From assembly GCA_041485695.1 (NCBI GenBank), contig JBGPJZ010000001.1, positions 129,316 to 193,315 on the forward strand: DNA of 64,000 nt, read 5' to 3'. Below, piece after piece: positions 27,087-36,553 of the stretch. Source of the DNA: Minisyncoccia bacterium. GTDB lineage: Bacteria > Patescibacteriota > Minisyncoccia > Phycocordibacterales > Phycocordibacteraceae. The position numbers and the translations under genes are program-made. How positions within the stretch are numbered: the first letter of the stretch is position 1; each line of letters starts with the position of its first letter. The notes below the pieces were generated by a model. It had not been told where the DNA came from. It did no database searches and saw nothing but the letters and a program-made list of their open reading frames with translations.

Positions 27087-28139
27087 ATGGCTCGGTTCTC
27101 GAAAAATTCGTTTTTCTCTTCAGACATCGGCATCGACCTGGGGACGTCTAACTCCCTTGTCTATGTTCGCGGCAAGGGCATTATCATCAATGAGCCCTCG
27201 GTGGTTGCCGTGAACGATAAAACGGGGCAGGTAGTGGCAATCGGCAAAGAAGCTAAAGTCATGCTTGGTAAGACACCTCCGCATATTCGTACCGTACAGC
27301 CCTTGTCTCATGGCGTTATCTCAGACTTCGAGGTGACCGAGGAACTCCTTACGTATCTTATAAACAAGGCTCATGGCGGCCGAGCGCGGCTCTTCGGCCC
27401 GAGGGTCGTCGTCGGCGTGCCTACGGGCGTCACGAACGTGCAGAGCCGGGCAGTACGCGATGCCGTACGGAATGCCGGTGCGCGAGAGGTGTATATACTT
27501 GAAGAACCGATTGCCGGGGCTATCGGTGCGAAGCTCCCGGTGCATGAGGCAGTGGGGACCATGGTGCTTGATATCGGCGCGGGCACCACCGACATCGCCG
27601 TCATCGCGCTCTCCGGCGCTGTCGCCTCAAAAAGCTCGCAGGTTGCCGGCGACCGGTTTAACGAGAATATCGTTGAGTTCGTGCGTAGCGAATTCAAGCT
27701 CGGTATCGGGGATCGCACCGCTGAAGATGTGAAAATTGCAATCGGCGCTGTCGTCTCCTTGCCGGAACCGCTCTCAAAAAGCGTGCGCGGTCGCGACCTC
27801 GCAACGGGCTTGCCACGCGAGGTCATGCTGACGGACACCCACATTCGCGAGGCCTTAGCGCCCTCACTCGACGCTTTGATGGACGCCATGAAAGACGTGA
27901 TCGAACGCACACCGCCCGAACTCCTCTCTGACGTCCTGGAGCGCGGGGTAACGGTGTTCGGCGGCGGCGCTTTGCTTCGCGGCCTGCCCCAGCTCCTTTC
28001 CAAGATGCTCGGCGTCCCGGTACGGGTCGCGCCCGATCCTTTGACCGCGGTCGTTCGCGGCGCAGGAGTCGCTACTGAAGACCCCGAGACGTATTCGGAT
28101 TTTTTCCTCGATGAAGAAGATATTGTTTCAGAGACGTAG
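27087..28139 (+). CDS. mreB: rod shape-determining protein MreB (paralog 2, in the mreBCD-mrdA operon)
   Basis: GIDLGTSNSLVYV...; followed by mreC and mreD. Confidence 0.9.
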   Translation: MARFSKNSFFSSDIGIDLGTSNSLVYVRGKGIIINEPSVVAVNDKTGQVVAIGKEAKVMLGKTPPHIRTVQPLSHGVISDFEVTEELLTYLINKAHGGRARLFGPRVVVGVPTGVTNVQSRAVRDAVRNAGAREVYILEEPIAGAIGAKLPVHEAVGTMVLDIGAGTTDIAVIALSGAVASKSSQVAGDRFNENIVEFVRSEFKLGIGDRTAEDVKIAIGAVVSLPEPLSKSVRGRDLATGLPREVMLTDTHIREALAPSLDALMDAMKDVIERTPPELLSDVLERGVTVFGGGALLRGLPQLLSKMLGVPVRVAPDPLTAVVRGAGVATEDPETYSDFFLDEEDIVSET

Positions 28140-28896
28140 TAACGCGATCCTCTCCCCCTCGGGCGTTTCTTTGGGAGCTTTTTTGATTCTCCTCGCCCTC
28201 CTGGTCGCGGGTCTCCGGTTCATATTCCCGGGCATGTTCATCGCCATCACCGCACCCGTATTTCACGCCGGCTCCGCCGTTACCGCTTTTGCAACAGATG
28301 TGCGCGCCTCGTTTGCTAATGCCGCCGCCCTCATGAGCGAGCGCGATAATCTCCGCTCTCAAAATGAGGCCTTGATGAACGAGAATCTCGCTCTTACGGC
28401 CAGGGTGAGTGACCTCGCAGTGCTCCTTGGTGAAGCACCCGTTGCCCCGCAAGGCATCGTTGCCGGCATCTTGTCACGGCCGCCCGAAACGGCCTATGAC
28501 ACGCTTATCCTCGGGGCCGGGAGTACCTCTGGCGTCTCTTCGGGTATGCGCGTGCTTGCGCAAGGCGGAGTACCGATCGGGACCGTTGACAGCGTTACCG
28601 CTTCATCCGCCCGCGTAACGCTGTACTCATCTCCTGGCCGCGCCCTCGCTGCGTGGGTAGGGAAGACGCGTATCCCTCTAACGCTCTCAGGGGCAGGCGG
28701 CGGCGTGTTCCTAGCCGCGGCTCCCAAAGCTGCCGGCATTGTCGCGGGCGATATCGTCTATGTCGCAGGCGGCGGCGCCGAACCGATTGGTCGCGTACGT
28801 GCCGTCCGCACGAACGCCTCTTCTCCTTCCGCAACGCTTCTCATCGCGCCTACCGTAAATCTCTTTTCCGTAGTATGGGTCACTCTCGTCCCGTAG
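28111..28896 (+). CDS. mreC: rod shape-determining protein MreC
   Basis: N-terminal TM helix, coiled-coil (RDNLRSQNEALMNENLAL) then beta-rich domain. Confidence 0.75.
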   Translation: MKKILFQRRSNAILSPSGVSLGAFLILLALLVAGLRFIFPGMFIAITAPVFHAGSAVTAFATDVRASFANAAALMSERDNLRSQNEALMNENLALTARVSDLAVLLGEAPVAPQGIVAGILSRPPETAYDTLILGAGSTSGVSSGMRVLAQGGVPIGTVDSVTASSARVTLYSSPGRALAAWVGKTRIPLTLSGAGGGVFLAAAPKAAGIVAGDIVYVAGGGAEPIGRVRAVRTNASSPSATLLIAPTVNLFSVVWVTLVP

Positions 28897-29147
28897 CTCG
28901 CGCGATGCTCGTCATAGCGGCGCTTCTTTCGCCATTCCTTTTCCCGCTCCCGTTTACAGCTCTGCTCGCACTTCTCGGCGCCGTCGTTTCGGCATGGGTA
29001 CCGCTTGTCGTCGGCGTCATAATCGACGCTCTCTATTGGAGCCGAGAGGCATACGCCTTCCCTTTGTGGACCTTATTCGGCGCCGCTGTGACGCTCACCG
29101 CATTTTTCGTGCATCGCTTCGTTGAAACGAGTATTATGCGCGGATGA
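28875..29147 (+). CDS. mreD: MreD-like small membrane protein (short)
   Basis: Position between mreC and PBP2; 2-3 TM helices. Start taken as ATG 28875 or 28905. Confidence 0.45.
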   Translation: MGHSRPVARAMLVIAALLSPFLFPLPFTALLALLGAVVSAWVPLVVGVIIDALYWSREAYAFPLWTLFGAAVTLTAFFVHRFVETSIMRG

Positions 29148-30817
29148 CGTGGTGGTGGCGGAAAGGGCGGCAGGATCCGGAGATTGCCCCGGACGAAATC
29201 TTTCTAGACGCAGCGAACTCTCCTTCGTTTGACCGCGCTCGTTTTGAAGGGAGGCTCGAACGTCCCCTGGGAAATGCTCCGTTCGCGCTGTTTTCGAGCG
29301 CGCTCGGGCTCGTGTTCCTTATCTTGATTGGCCAAGTATGGAATTTGCAGATTCGACTAGGGTCCGTATACGCCGCGCAGAGCGAACGCAACTCGCTCTC
29401 ATCCAAAGTGCTGTTTGCTAACCGCGGAATCATTACCGACGTACAAGGTACGGTGCTTGTGACTAATGAAGCGACTCCGGAGGGCGGTGTTACGCGTGTC
29501 TATGAGACGCCGGGCATGGGCTCGATTGTAGGGTATGTCTCGTATCCTAAAAAAGACTCGAGTGGCAACTATTACGATACTGACATTACGGGTTTAGCCG
29601 GCGTCGAGTCATACTTCAATACCGCTCTCGCCGGCAAAAATGGCACCGTGCTGGTTGAGAGAAATGCGCTCGGAGACGTGGAGTCGCAAGGAGTCGTCAC
29701 TCCGCCCGTCAATGGCACTGATCTCTCGCTCTCTGTCGATAGCCGCGCACAAAAGGCCTTTTATGAATCCGTTCGCGGTCTTGCCGACACCGTGCCCTTT
29801 CTGGGCGGCGCAGGGGTGCTGATGGACGTCGATACGGGCGCAATACGCGCCTTGGTGTCGTACCCTGAATACGACCCAAACGTGCTTTCAAGCGGCGGGC
29901 CCGCCGACGTCATCGCAGGATACGGCGCGAGCTCTCGTAAGCCGTATCTCGATCGCGCCGTCGCCGGCCTCTATACGCCCGGCTCGATCGTGAAGCCACT
30001 TGAAGCGACCGGAGCTCTCACTGACGGCGTCATCACTCCCGACCTCACCATCAACGACACCGGCTCGATTTCAGTGCCCAACCCGTATGACTTAGCTCAC
30101 CCCTCTGTCTTTCTCGATTGGAAGGCGCTTGGCGTAGAAGATCTTCGTCGCGCAATCGCTTTTTCATCCGACGTGTACTTTTACATGGTTGGCGGGGGCT
30201 ATGGGGGGCAAAAAGGGCTTGGCATCGAGCGGCTCGCATACTGGTACCGCGCCTTCGGTCTCACGAGCCCGACCGGCATCGAGCTCCCGAATGAGTCTTC
30301 GGGCTTCGTGCCGACTCCGAGCTGGAAACAAGAAACGTATGATGAAATCTGGCGCATCGGCGACACCTACCACACCGCGATCGGGCAGTACGCCATGCAG
30401 GTGACGCCTATCGAGATAGCGCGCGCGTTTGCGGCTATCGCAAATGGCGGCAAGTTTGTGCAGCCGAGCCTCAAAAAAGACGCTCCACTTATCGGCGAGT
30501 CGCTTGCCGTTTCAGGAGATGCGCTTCAAGTAGTGCGTGAAGGGATGCGTCGCGGAGTAGAGGAGGGTACCTCAATCGGCCTTTCTTCACTCGATTCGTT
30601 CGTGCATATCGCCGGCAAGACCGGTACGGCGCAAACCGGCGTTCATAATGAATATTACAACTCGTGGGCTGTCGGCTTCTTCCCCTACGAGCATCCGAAG
30701 TACGTCTATGTGGTCGTTATGGAGAAAGGCCCCGCAGGGAACCCGACTGGCGGTGTCTATGTCATCAATCAATTCTTAACCAAATTGCATCAAGTCGCAC
30801 CAGAATATTTTCAGTAG
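29144..30817 (+). CDS. mrdA: penicillin-binding protein 2 (elongasome transpeptidase)
   Basis: 557 aa; SxxK (TPGSIVKP), SxD and KTGTA motifs; follows mreBCD. Confidence 0.85.
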   Translation: MTWWWRKGRQDPEIAPDEIFLDAANSPSFDRARFEGRLERPLGNAPFALFSSALGLVFLILIGQVWNLQIRLGSVYAAQSERNSLSSKVLFANRGIITDVQGTVLVTNEATPEGGVTRVYETPGMGSIVGYVSYPKKDSSGNYYDTDITGLAGVESYFNTALAGKNGTVLVERNALGDVESQGVVTPPVNGTDLSLSVDSRAQKAFYESVRGLADTVPFLGGAGVLMDVDTGAIRALVSYPEYDPNVLSSGGPADVIAGYGASSRKPYLDRAVAGLYTPGSIVKPLEATGALTDGVITPDLTINDTGSISVPNPYDLAHPSVFLDWKALGVEDLRRAIAFSSDVYFYMVGGGYGGQKGLGIERLAYWYRAFGLTSPTGIELPNESSGFVPTPSWKQETYDEIWRIGDTYHTAIGQYAMQVTPIEIARAFAAIANGGKFVQPSLKKDAPLIGESLAVSGDALQVVREGMRRGVEEGTSIGLSSLDSFVHIAGKTGTAQTGVHNEYYNSWAVGFFPYEHPKYVYVVVMEKGPAGNPTGGVYVINQFLTKLHQVAPEYFQ

Positions 30818-30890
30818 CCAGCAAGTCGGACTTGCTGGCGGACTACGCTTCGAGTACAATGACGCCGACTAATAATCTCCAACTCGCACC

Positions 30891-31367
30891 ATGACCGATA
30901 TCGATAAAGAAACAATGCTTTCGCAGGAAAAGTTCGATGAGATGGCTAAAGAGCTGGAGCATTTGAAGACGGTCCGCCGCACCGAAATCGCGAAGAATCT
31001 CGAATACGCCCGATCTCTCGGCGACCTCTCTGAAAACGCAGAGTATCAAGAGGCGCGCGACCTCCAAGCGGCGACCGAGGAGCGCGTCCGCAAACTCGAG
31101 GAAATCTTGAAAACCGCGAAGATTGTCACGGACGGCAAAAAAAAGAATGAAGTCAGTTTCAGCTCGAAAGTAGCAATCAAAAAAGAGGGGAGTGATGATG
31201 CGCACGAATACACCATCGTCGGGAGCGAAGAGGCTGATATGCGAGAACATAAGCTTTCGCATGTCTCCCCGTTAGGCGCGGCACTTATGGGCAAGAAAAA
31301 GGGCGACACCTTCAGTTTTGATACGCCGAACGGCAAGCAGACCTACACTATAGAAAAAGTAGCGTGA
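30891..31367 (+). CDS. greA: transcription elongation factor GreA
   Basis: 158 aa; coiled-coil N-domain with SENAEY motif and FKBP-like C-domain. Confidence 0.9.
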   Translation: MTDIDKETMLSQEKFDEMAKELEHLKTVRRTEIAKNLEYARSLGDLSENAEYQEARDLQAATEERVRKLEEILKTAKIVTDGKKKNEVSFSSKVAIKKEGSDDAHEYTIVGSEEADMREHKLSHVSPLGAALMGKKKGDTFSFDTPNGKQTYTIEKVA

Positions 31368-31411
31368 CGTCGCACCAATCTATTGGTGTGACGTCGTGAT
31401 ACGATAGGTTC

Positions 31412-32977
31412 ATGTTTTGGGCAGATAGGATTGGAGAGGAGATACGCAGTACGAGGAAGCCGAAAGACGGCAAAGCGTTCGTCGTGCGCGATGAAAAGAC
31501 GATGTCTGGGCGCGTGCATATCGGCTCGATGCGCGGCGTTGCGATACACGGGCTCGTTTCAGAAGTGCTGAACGAATATGGATTGGCGAACGTTTACACA
31601 TATGAATTGAATGATTTCGACCCGTTCGACACGGTGCCGGCGTATCTCGACCAAGAAGAGTTCAAACCGCACCTGGGCAAGCCACTCTATCTCGTGCCGT
31701 CTCCCGAGCCCGGGTCGCACAACTATGCCGAATACTTCGGGGATGAGTTCAAACGAGTGCACCAGAAGGCAGGATTTACGCCCCAGTACTACCGCACCAC
31801 CGAGCTCTACAAGAGCGGCGCCATGGACCCGTTCATTAAGCTCGCGCTCGAGCGCGCTGCCGACATCCGGCGCATCTTGAAAGAGATTTCTGGCTCGGAA
31901 AAGGACGAATCGTGGCTCCCGGTTTCGGTTACCTGCGAGAATTGCGGCAGAATGATGACGACCCGTGCGCACGACTTTGACGGCAGTACCGTCGCTTATA
32001 CCTGCAACCACAGCCCCGACGGCATGCAGTCGTGCGGGCATCTCGGCCGCGTAAGCCCGTTTAAGGGCGGGAGTAAACTATTTTGGAAGGTGGATTGGGC
32101 GGCGAAGTGGGCTGCGGTGGGCGTCGACATCGAGGGCGGCGGCAAAGACCACTCGACCAAGGGCGGGGCGCGCGACGTGGCGAACCACATCGCGAAAGAG
32201 ATTTTTAATAGTACGCCACCCTACGATATCCCCTATGAATTCTTCTTGGTCGGCGGGGCGAAGATGTCTTCGTCGAAAGGGCGGGGGAGTAGCGCCAAAG
32301 AGATGGCAGAACTGTTTACACCGCAAGTACTGCGACTCATCTTGATAGGCAAAGATATCAAGGAGCAGATCAATGTCGACCCTGCGGGCGACTCGGTAGC
32401 GCGCACCTATGATTGGTATGACGACTTGGCCGATGGAGTCCGAGAGGGCAAGAGCGACGATTACGCACGGCTCTACGCGCTCTGCCAGTTGCCCGCGGAG
32501 CGGGCAGAGCTCGCCATACCCTGGCAGATGCGCTTTCGCGATGTCGCATTCATCGTGCAGATGCCGCACCTCGATTTGAAGACCGAGGCACAAAAAGCAA
32601 AGGGTGCCGATTTGACCGACGATGAAGCGGTCGCGCTCCTGGAGCGCGCGGGGTATGCCAAGTTTTGGCTCTCCACCTATGCTCCTGCAGATTTCCGCTA
32701 TGAACTCCAACAAACACTGCCAAGCAGCACTCTTTCAGACACGCAAAAGAAAGCGCTCGCTTCGCTCGCGCAGTATATGGAGCAAGAACGCACAGGCGAA
32801 GACATTCACGCGCGGCTCCACGAGCTCAAGAGCGAAGTTCCCATCGCTCCCGCAGAACTTTTCAAGGCAATCTACGGCATTTTCTTAAACCGCACCTCTG
32901 GCCCTAAAGCCGGCTGGTTCCTCCCCGTCCTCCCTCGCGACTTTGTCCTCCAGCGCCTCCGCGAAGCCTCACAATAA
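31412..32977 (+). CDS. lysK: class I lysyl-tRNA synthetase (archaeal/LysK type)
   Basis: 521 aa; HIGSMRG (HIGH-like) and KMSSSKG (KMSKS) motifs; no class II motifs. Confidence 0.85.
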   Translation: MFWADRIGEEIRSTRKPKDGKAFVVRDEKTMSGRVHIGSMRGVAIHGLVSEVLNEYGLANVYTYELNDFDPFDTVPAYLDQEEFKPHLGKPLYLVPSPEPGSHNYAEYFGDEFKRVHQKAGFTPQYYRTTELYKSGAMDPFIKLALERAADIRRILKEISGSEKDESWLPVSVTCENCGRMMTTRAHDFDGSTVAYTCNHSPDGMQSCGHLGRVSPFKGGSKLFWKVDWAAKWAAVGVDIEGGGKDHSTKGGARDVANHIAKEIFNSTPPYDIPYEFFLVGGAKMSSSKGRGSSAKEMAELFTPQVLRLILIGKDIKEQINVDPAGDSVARTYDWYDDLADGVREGKSDDYARLYALCQLPAERAELAIPWQMRFRDVAFIVQMPHLDLKTEAQKAKGADLTDDEAVALLERAGYAKFWLSTYAPADFRYELQQTLPSSTLSDTQKKALASLAQYMEQERTGEDIHARLHELKSEVPIAPAELFKAIYGIFLNRTSGPKAGWFLPVLPRDFVLQRLREASQ

Positions 32978-32998
32978 CAATAATTGAGAAGAGGATAG

Positions 32999-33031
32999 AA
33001 CGGCGGCACCCTGTGCCGCCGTTGCCTTTTA
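32999..33031 (+). terminator. rho-independent terminator after lysK
   Basis: aacggcggcac-cctgt-gtgccgccgtt followed by gcctttt. Confidence 0.65.
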
Positions 33032-33170
33032 AGCCTTAGCGGGCTTTCACCTTGGTTTCAGGGGGTGGGGATAACTATAGGGTGGTGGGAGAAAGTGGCA
33101 TATACTGCTTTACTAGGTAGTGAAGTGGGAAACAGAGTCATGGCCGTTTCACACGCACGCCTGTCGACCT

Positions 33171-33581
33171 ATGTTTTTAGGAGAATATATTCATACTTTT
33201 GATCCGAAGAATCGGATTTCGATTCCCTCCAAATTTCGGAAGGATCTCGGCCGCGTGGTAGTTATTACCCGCGGCCTTGATCATTGCTTATATGTCTACG
33301 CGCGAAAAGCGTGGGAAAAAGAGGCGGCTACCTACGCCCTTCGCGCGAGCGGGAGCGCCGGCGAGCGCCGTCTTGCGCGGCTTTTTCTGGCCGGTTCTTT
33401 TGAAGCAGAGGTTGACGGAGCCGGACGCATTCTCGTCCCGGACAATTTGAAAAAGTTCGCAGGGATTGGTGAAAAAGCAGTAATTGCGGGTGTTGCTGGC
33501 CGGGTCGAGATTTGGGATGAAGACGCCTGGAAGAAATACACGGAGTCGATTGAACGTGAGGCCGAAACCCTCGCCAATTAA
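33171..33581 (+). CDS. mraZ: transcriptional regulator MraZ
   Basis: MFLGEYIHTFDPKNRISIPSKFR; two SpoVT/AbrB-like repeats; first gene of the dcw cluster. Confidence 0.85.
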   Translation: MFLGEYIHTFDPKNRISIPSKFRKDLGRVVVITRGLDHCLYVYARKAWEKEAATYALRASGSAGERRLARLFLAGSFEAEVDGAGRILVPDNLKKFAGIGEKAVIAGVAGRVEIWDEDAWKKYTESIEREAETLAN

Positions 33582-33585
33582 CGCT

Positions 33586-34527
33586 ATGGAACAAGAATCA
33601 CTGCATGAAAGCGTCTTGGTGGAGGAGGTGATGGCCGAGCTTGCCGTCAAGCCGACTGATGTCGTCGTTGACGCGACCCTCGGCGGGGCGGGGCATTTTG
33701 CGCGGCTCCTTGGCTTGCTCGGCGCCGACGGCGTCTTGGTGGGGCTTGATGCTGACCCCGAAGCAGTCGAGCGAGCACGAGCGGTAGTGGCTGCTGATAG
33801 CCGTACCAATCGTCCCGTCATTCATTTGGTGAACGATAACTTCCGCAATTTAACCAGTGTTATTAATCGACTCGGCATCTCTCACATCAACAAAGCTCTT
33901 TTTGATTTGGGCTGGAGCGGGTACCAGCTCGCCACGCCAAGGGGATTTTCTTTTCAAAAAGACGAACCTTTGCTCATGACCTATGGGGAGGGAGGGAGAA
34001 GTGCGGCAGAGGTCGTAAACAGCGCCTCCGAGCCGGAGCTCGTCGACATGCTCTACTCGTACGGCGAGGAGCGCTTTGCACGCAGCATCGCACGCGCGAT
34101 CATCGCGAAGCGCACGAAGAACCGCATCCTGTCAACTAAAGACTTGGTCGAGGCTGTTCTTCGCGGTACGCCGGCGTGGTACCAGCACCGCAAGATTCAT
34201 GCCGCGACCAAAACGTTTCAAGCGCTCCGGATAGCAGCGAACGATGAGTTGAACGCCCTTCGCGAGGGGCTCGCAGCGGCGCTCGCGCGCCTAGCACCCG
34301 AAGGGAGGCTCGCCGTCATCACTTTTCATAGTATCGAAGATCGTATCGTGAAGAGCGCCTTTCGTGATGCCGCGTACGCAGGGCAAGGTCTTGCTTCGAA
34401 AAAGCCCTTGACGCCCTCTCCTGCAGAGCTCGCAAAGAACCGGCGCGCGCGAAGCGCGAAGCTCCGCATCTTTGAGAGTAACGCTTCTCGCCTTTCTGCC
34501 CCCGTCTCCACCCTTACCTATGCTTAA
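33586..34527 (+). CDS. rsmH: 16S rRNA (cytosine1402-N4)-methyltransferase
   Basis: VDATLGGAGH SAM motif. Start at ATG 33586, directly after the mraZ stop. Confidence 0.9.
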   Translation: MEQESLHESVLVEEVMAELAVKPTDVVVDATLGGAGHFARLLGLLGADGVLVGLDADPEAVERARAVVAADSRTNRPVIHLVNDNFRNLTSVINRLGISHINKALFDLGWSGYQLATPRGFSFQKDEPLLMTYGEGGRSAAEVVNSASEPELVDMLYSYGEERFARSIARAIIAKRTKNRILSTKDLVEAVLRGTPAWYQHRKIHAATKTFQALRIAANDELNALREGLAAALARLAPEGRLAVITFHSIEDRIVKSAFRDAAYAGQGLASKKPLTPSPAELAKNRRARSAKLRIFESNASRLSAPVSTLTYA

Positions 34528-34816
34528 AATCTCTAGCGGCCGAATCAAGGTACTCTCGCTCCTTCTCGGGGTGAATGCCTTGCTCGCGCTTAGCTATATC
34601 GCCGTGATTGCGGTCGTGATGAGCTACGCAGCGCTCCACGTCGAATTTGCCCAAGAGGTACGGAGCGACGAAGCAGCTGTGGCGGCCTTGGAGTCATCAT
34701 ATCTCGCCTCTCTTTCGACTATGACCGGCATGGATTACCGAGCTCTCGGGTACACGAGGCCTCTGGCAAAGGTTTTTGTTACGGGCAGCGCGCCAACGGC
34801 TCTTAATACCCGCTAA
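34520..34816 (+). CDS. FtsL-like small division membrane protein (by position)
   Basis: One TM helix plus short coiled-coil, located between rsmH and ftsI. Confidence 0.45.
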   Translation: MLKISSGRIKVLSLLLGVNALLALSYIAVIAVVMSYAALHVEFAQEVRSDEAAVAALESSYLASLSTMTGMDYRALGYTRPLAKVFVTGSAPTALNTR

Positions 34817-34819
34817 GCT

Positions 34820-36553
34820 ATGCGGGCGGCATTTCGATTCAGATTGCGCCTCGTCTTGGTCGGCGTGCTGCTTCTCGCCCTCCTCATCTTCGTCCGGCTT
34901 TATTTTGTCCAGATCGTGCATGGTAGCGACTATTCCCTCAAGGCCGATCGCCAGTATGTCTCAAGCGGGAGCGCTCTCTTTGACCGCGGCTCAATCTACT
35001 TTACGCGTAAGGATGGGGCGCTTGTTTCAGCTGCGACCTTGGCAACCGGCTTTGTCGTTGCGATAAACCCGAAGCTTATCCGAGACCCTGAGAGCACCTA
35101 CCAGGCGATTGCGAGAGTAGCCTCGAGCACCGACTACGACGCTTTCCTCAAAGCAACCCGCAATACCCAGGCGGTCTATGTCGAAGTTGCGCACCACTTG
35201 TCTCTCGCGGCCGGTAAAACGCTCGCGGGAGAGAAGGTCGCTGGCGTCACGGTGCTTCGCGAGCGGTGGCGCATCTACCCGGGCGGCGACCTTGCCCCGC
35301 AGACTATCGGGACAGTCGGCCTCTCATCTGACGATAACGTCCTCAAAGGGCGCACGGGCATTGAGGCGCGCTACGACGAGAGCCTCTCACGCGGCGGCGA
35401 CGGGCTCTACCGCAATTTCTTCGCTGAACTGTTTGCAAAAATTGGCAACGCACTTGTCGATGCGCGCGCCGCGAGAGAGGGCGATGTCGTTACCACCCTT
35501 GAGCCCGAGGTCGAGACGCGCCTTGTGAGCGACCTCGCAAAGGTGAATGCTACATACAGCAGCAAAGAAACGGCCGGCATCATCATGGATCCTCATACCG
35601 GCGCGATTATCGCCATTGCGAGTTATCCCACCTATGACGCGAATGATTACTCCGACCAGCCGATAGGCGTACTCACGAACCCTATGGTGAGCCATGTCTA
35701 TGAATTCGGCTCAATCATGAAGCCTCTCACTATGGCATCTGCGCTTGATGCGGGAGTCGTTACGCCCCAGACAACCTACAATGACACTGGCTGTATCACG
35801 CTCGATACCTCGAAAATCTGCAATTACGACCACAAGGCGCGTGGCGTGATACCCATCCAGCAGATCCTCTCGCAGTCGCTCAATATCGGCGCGGCCTATC
35901 TGGCCGGGCAGCTTGGCCCCGACCGTTTTCGCTCCTACTTCGAGAATCTCGGGTTCAGCGATAAGACGGGCATCGACCTGCCGGCTGAAACGTCCGGGCT
36001 CACGAACAACTTGAAGAGCCCGCGGCAAATCGAATACGCAACGGCAGCCTTTGGCCAAGGTATTGCCATAACACCGCTCGAGATGCTCAAGGCGCTCGGC
36101 GCGCTCGCAAACGGCGGAGCAACAGTACGGCCGCACATCGCGAGCGCCATCAAGCTTGACTCGGGTGTGACAAGGACAATCGACTGGAGCGGCGCGAACC
36201 AAGTCTTCTCTCCTGAATCGGCGCGAGAGGTGAGCGAGATGCTTACCTCCGTCGTCGACCACAACCTTTCGCACGGCACGCTTGCGATACCGAGCCTCTC
36301 GGTAGCGGCCAAAACGGGCACGGCACAGCTCACCGACATGAACGGGGGGTACTACCAAGACCGCTACTTCCACTCCTTTTTCGGGTACTTCCCCTCCTAC
36401 GCTCCCCGGTTTATCATCCTCCTCTACACGAACGACCCGCAGGGTGTAGAGTACGCCTCCGAGACCTTAACCTCGACCTTCATGGATTTAGTCCACTTTT
36501 TAGCCGACTACTATGACCTGCCCCCCGATCGGGCAGCCGTAACCGCACTATGA
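34820..36553 (+). CDS. ftsI: penicillin-binding protein (FtsI/PBP3-like division transpeptidase)
   Basis: 577 aa; SxxK (GSIMKPLT), SQSLN and KTGTAQ motifs. Confidence 0.85.
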   Translation: MRAAFRFRLRLVLVGVLLLALLIFVRLYFVQIVHGSDYSLKADRQYVSSGSALFDRGSIYFTRKDGALVSAATLATGFVVAINPKLIRDPESTYQAIARVASSTDYDAFLKATRNTQAVYVEVAHHLSLAAGKTLAGEKVAGVTVLRERWRIYPGGDLAPQTIGTVGLSSDDNVLKGRTGIEARYDESLSRGGDGLYRNFFAELFAKIGNALVDARAAREGDVVTTLEPEVETRLVSDLAKVNATYSSKETAGIIMDPHTGAIIAIASYPTYDANDYSDQPIGVLTNPMVSHVYEFGSIMKPLTMASALDAGVVTPQTTYNDTGCITLDTSKICNYDHKARGVIPIQQILSQSLNIGAAYLAGQLGPDRFRSYFENLGFSDKTGIDLPAETSGLTNNLKSPRQIEYATAAFGQGIAITPLEMLKALGALANGGATVRPHIASAIKLDSGVTRTIDWSGANQVFSPESAREVSEMLTSVVDHNLSHGTLAIPSLSVAAKTGTAQLTDMNGGYYQDRYFHSFFGYFPSYAPRFIILLYTNDPQGVEYASETLTSTFMDLVHFLADYYDLPPDRAAVTAL

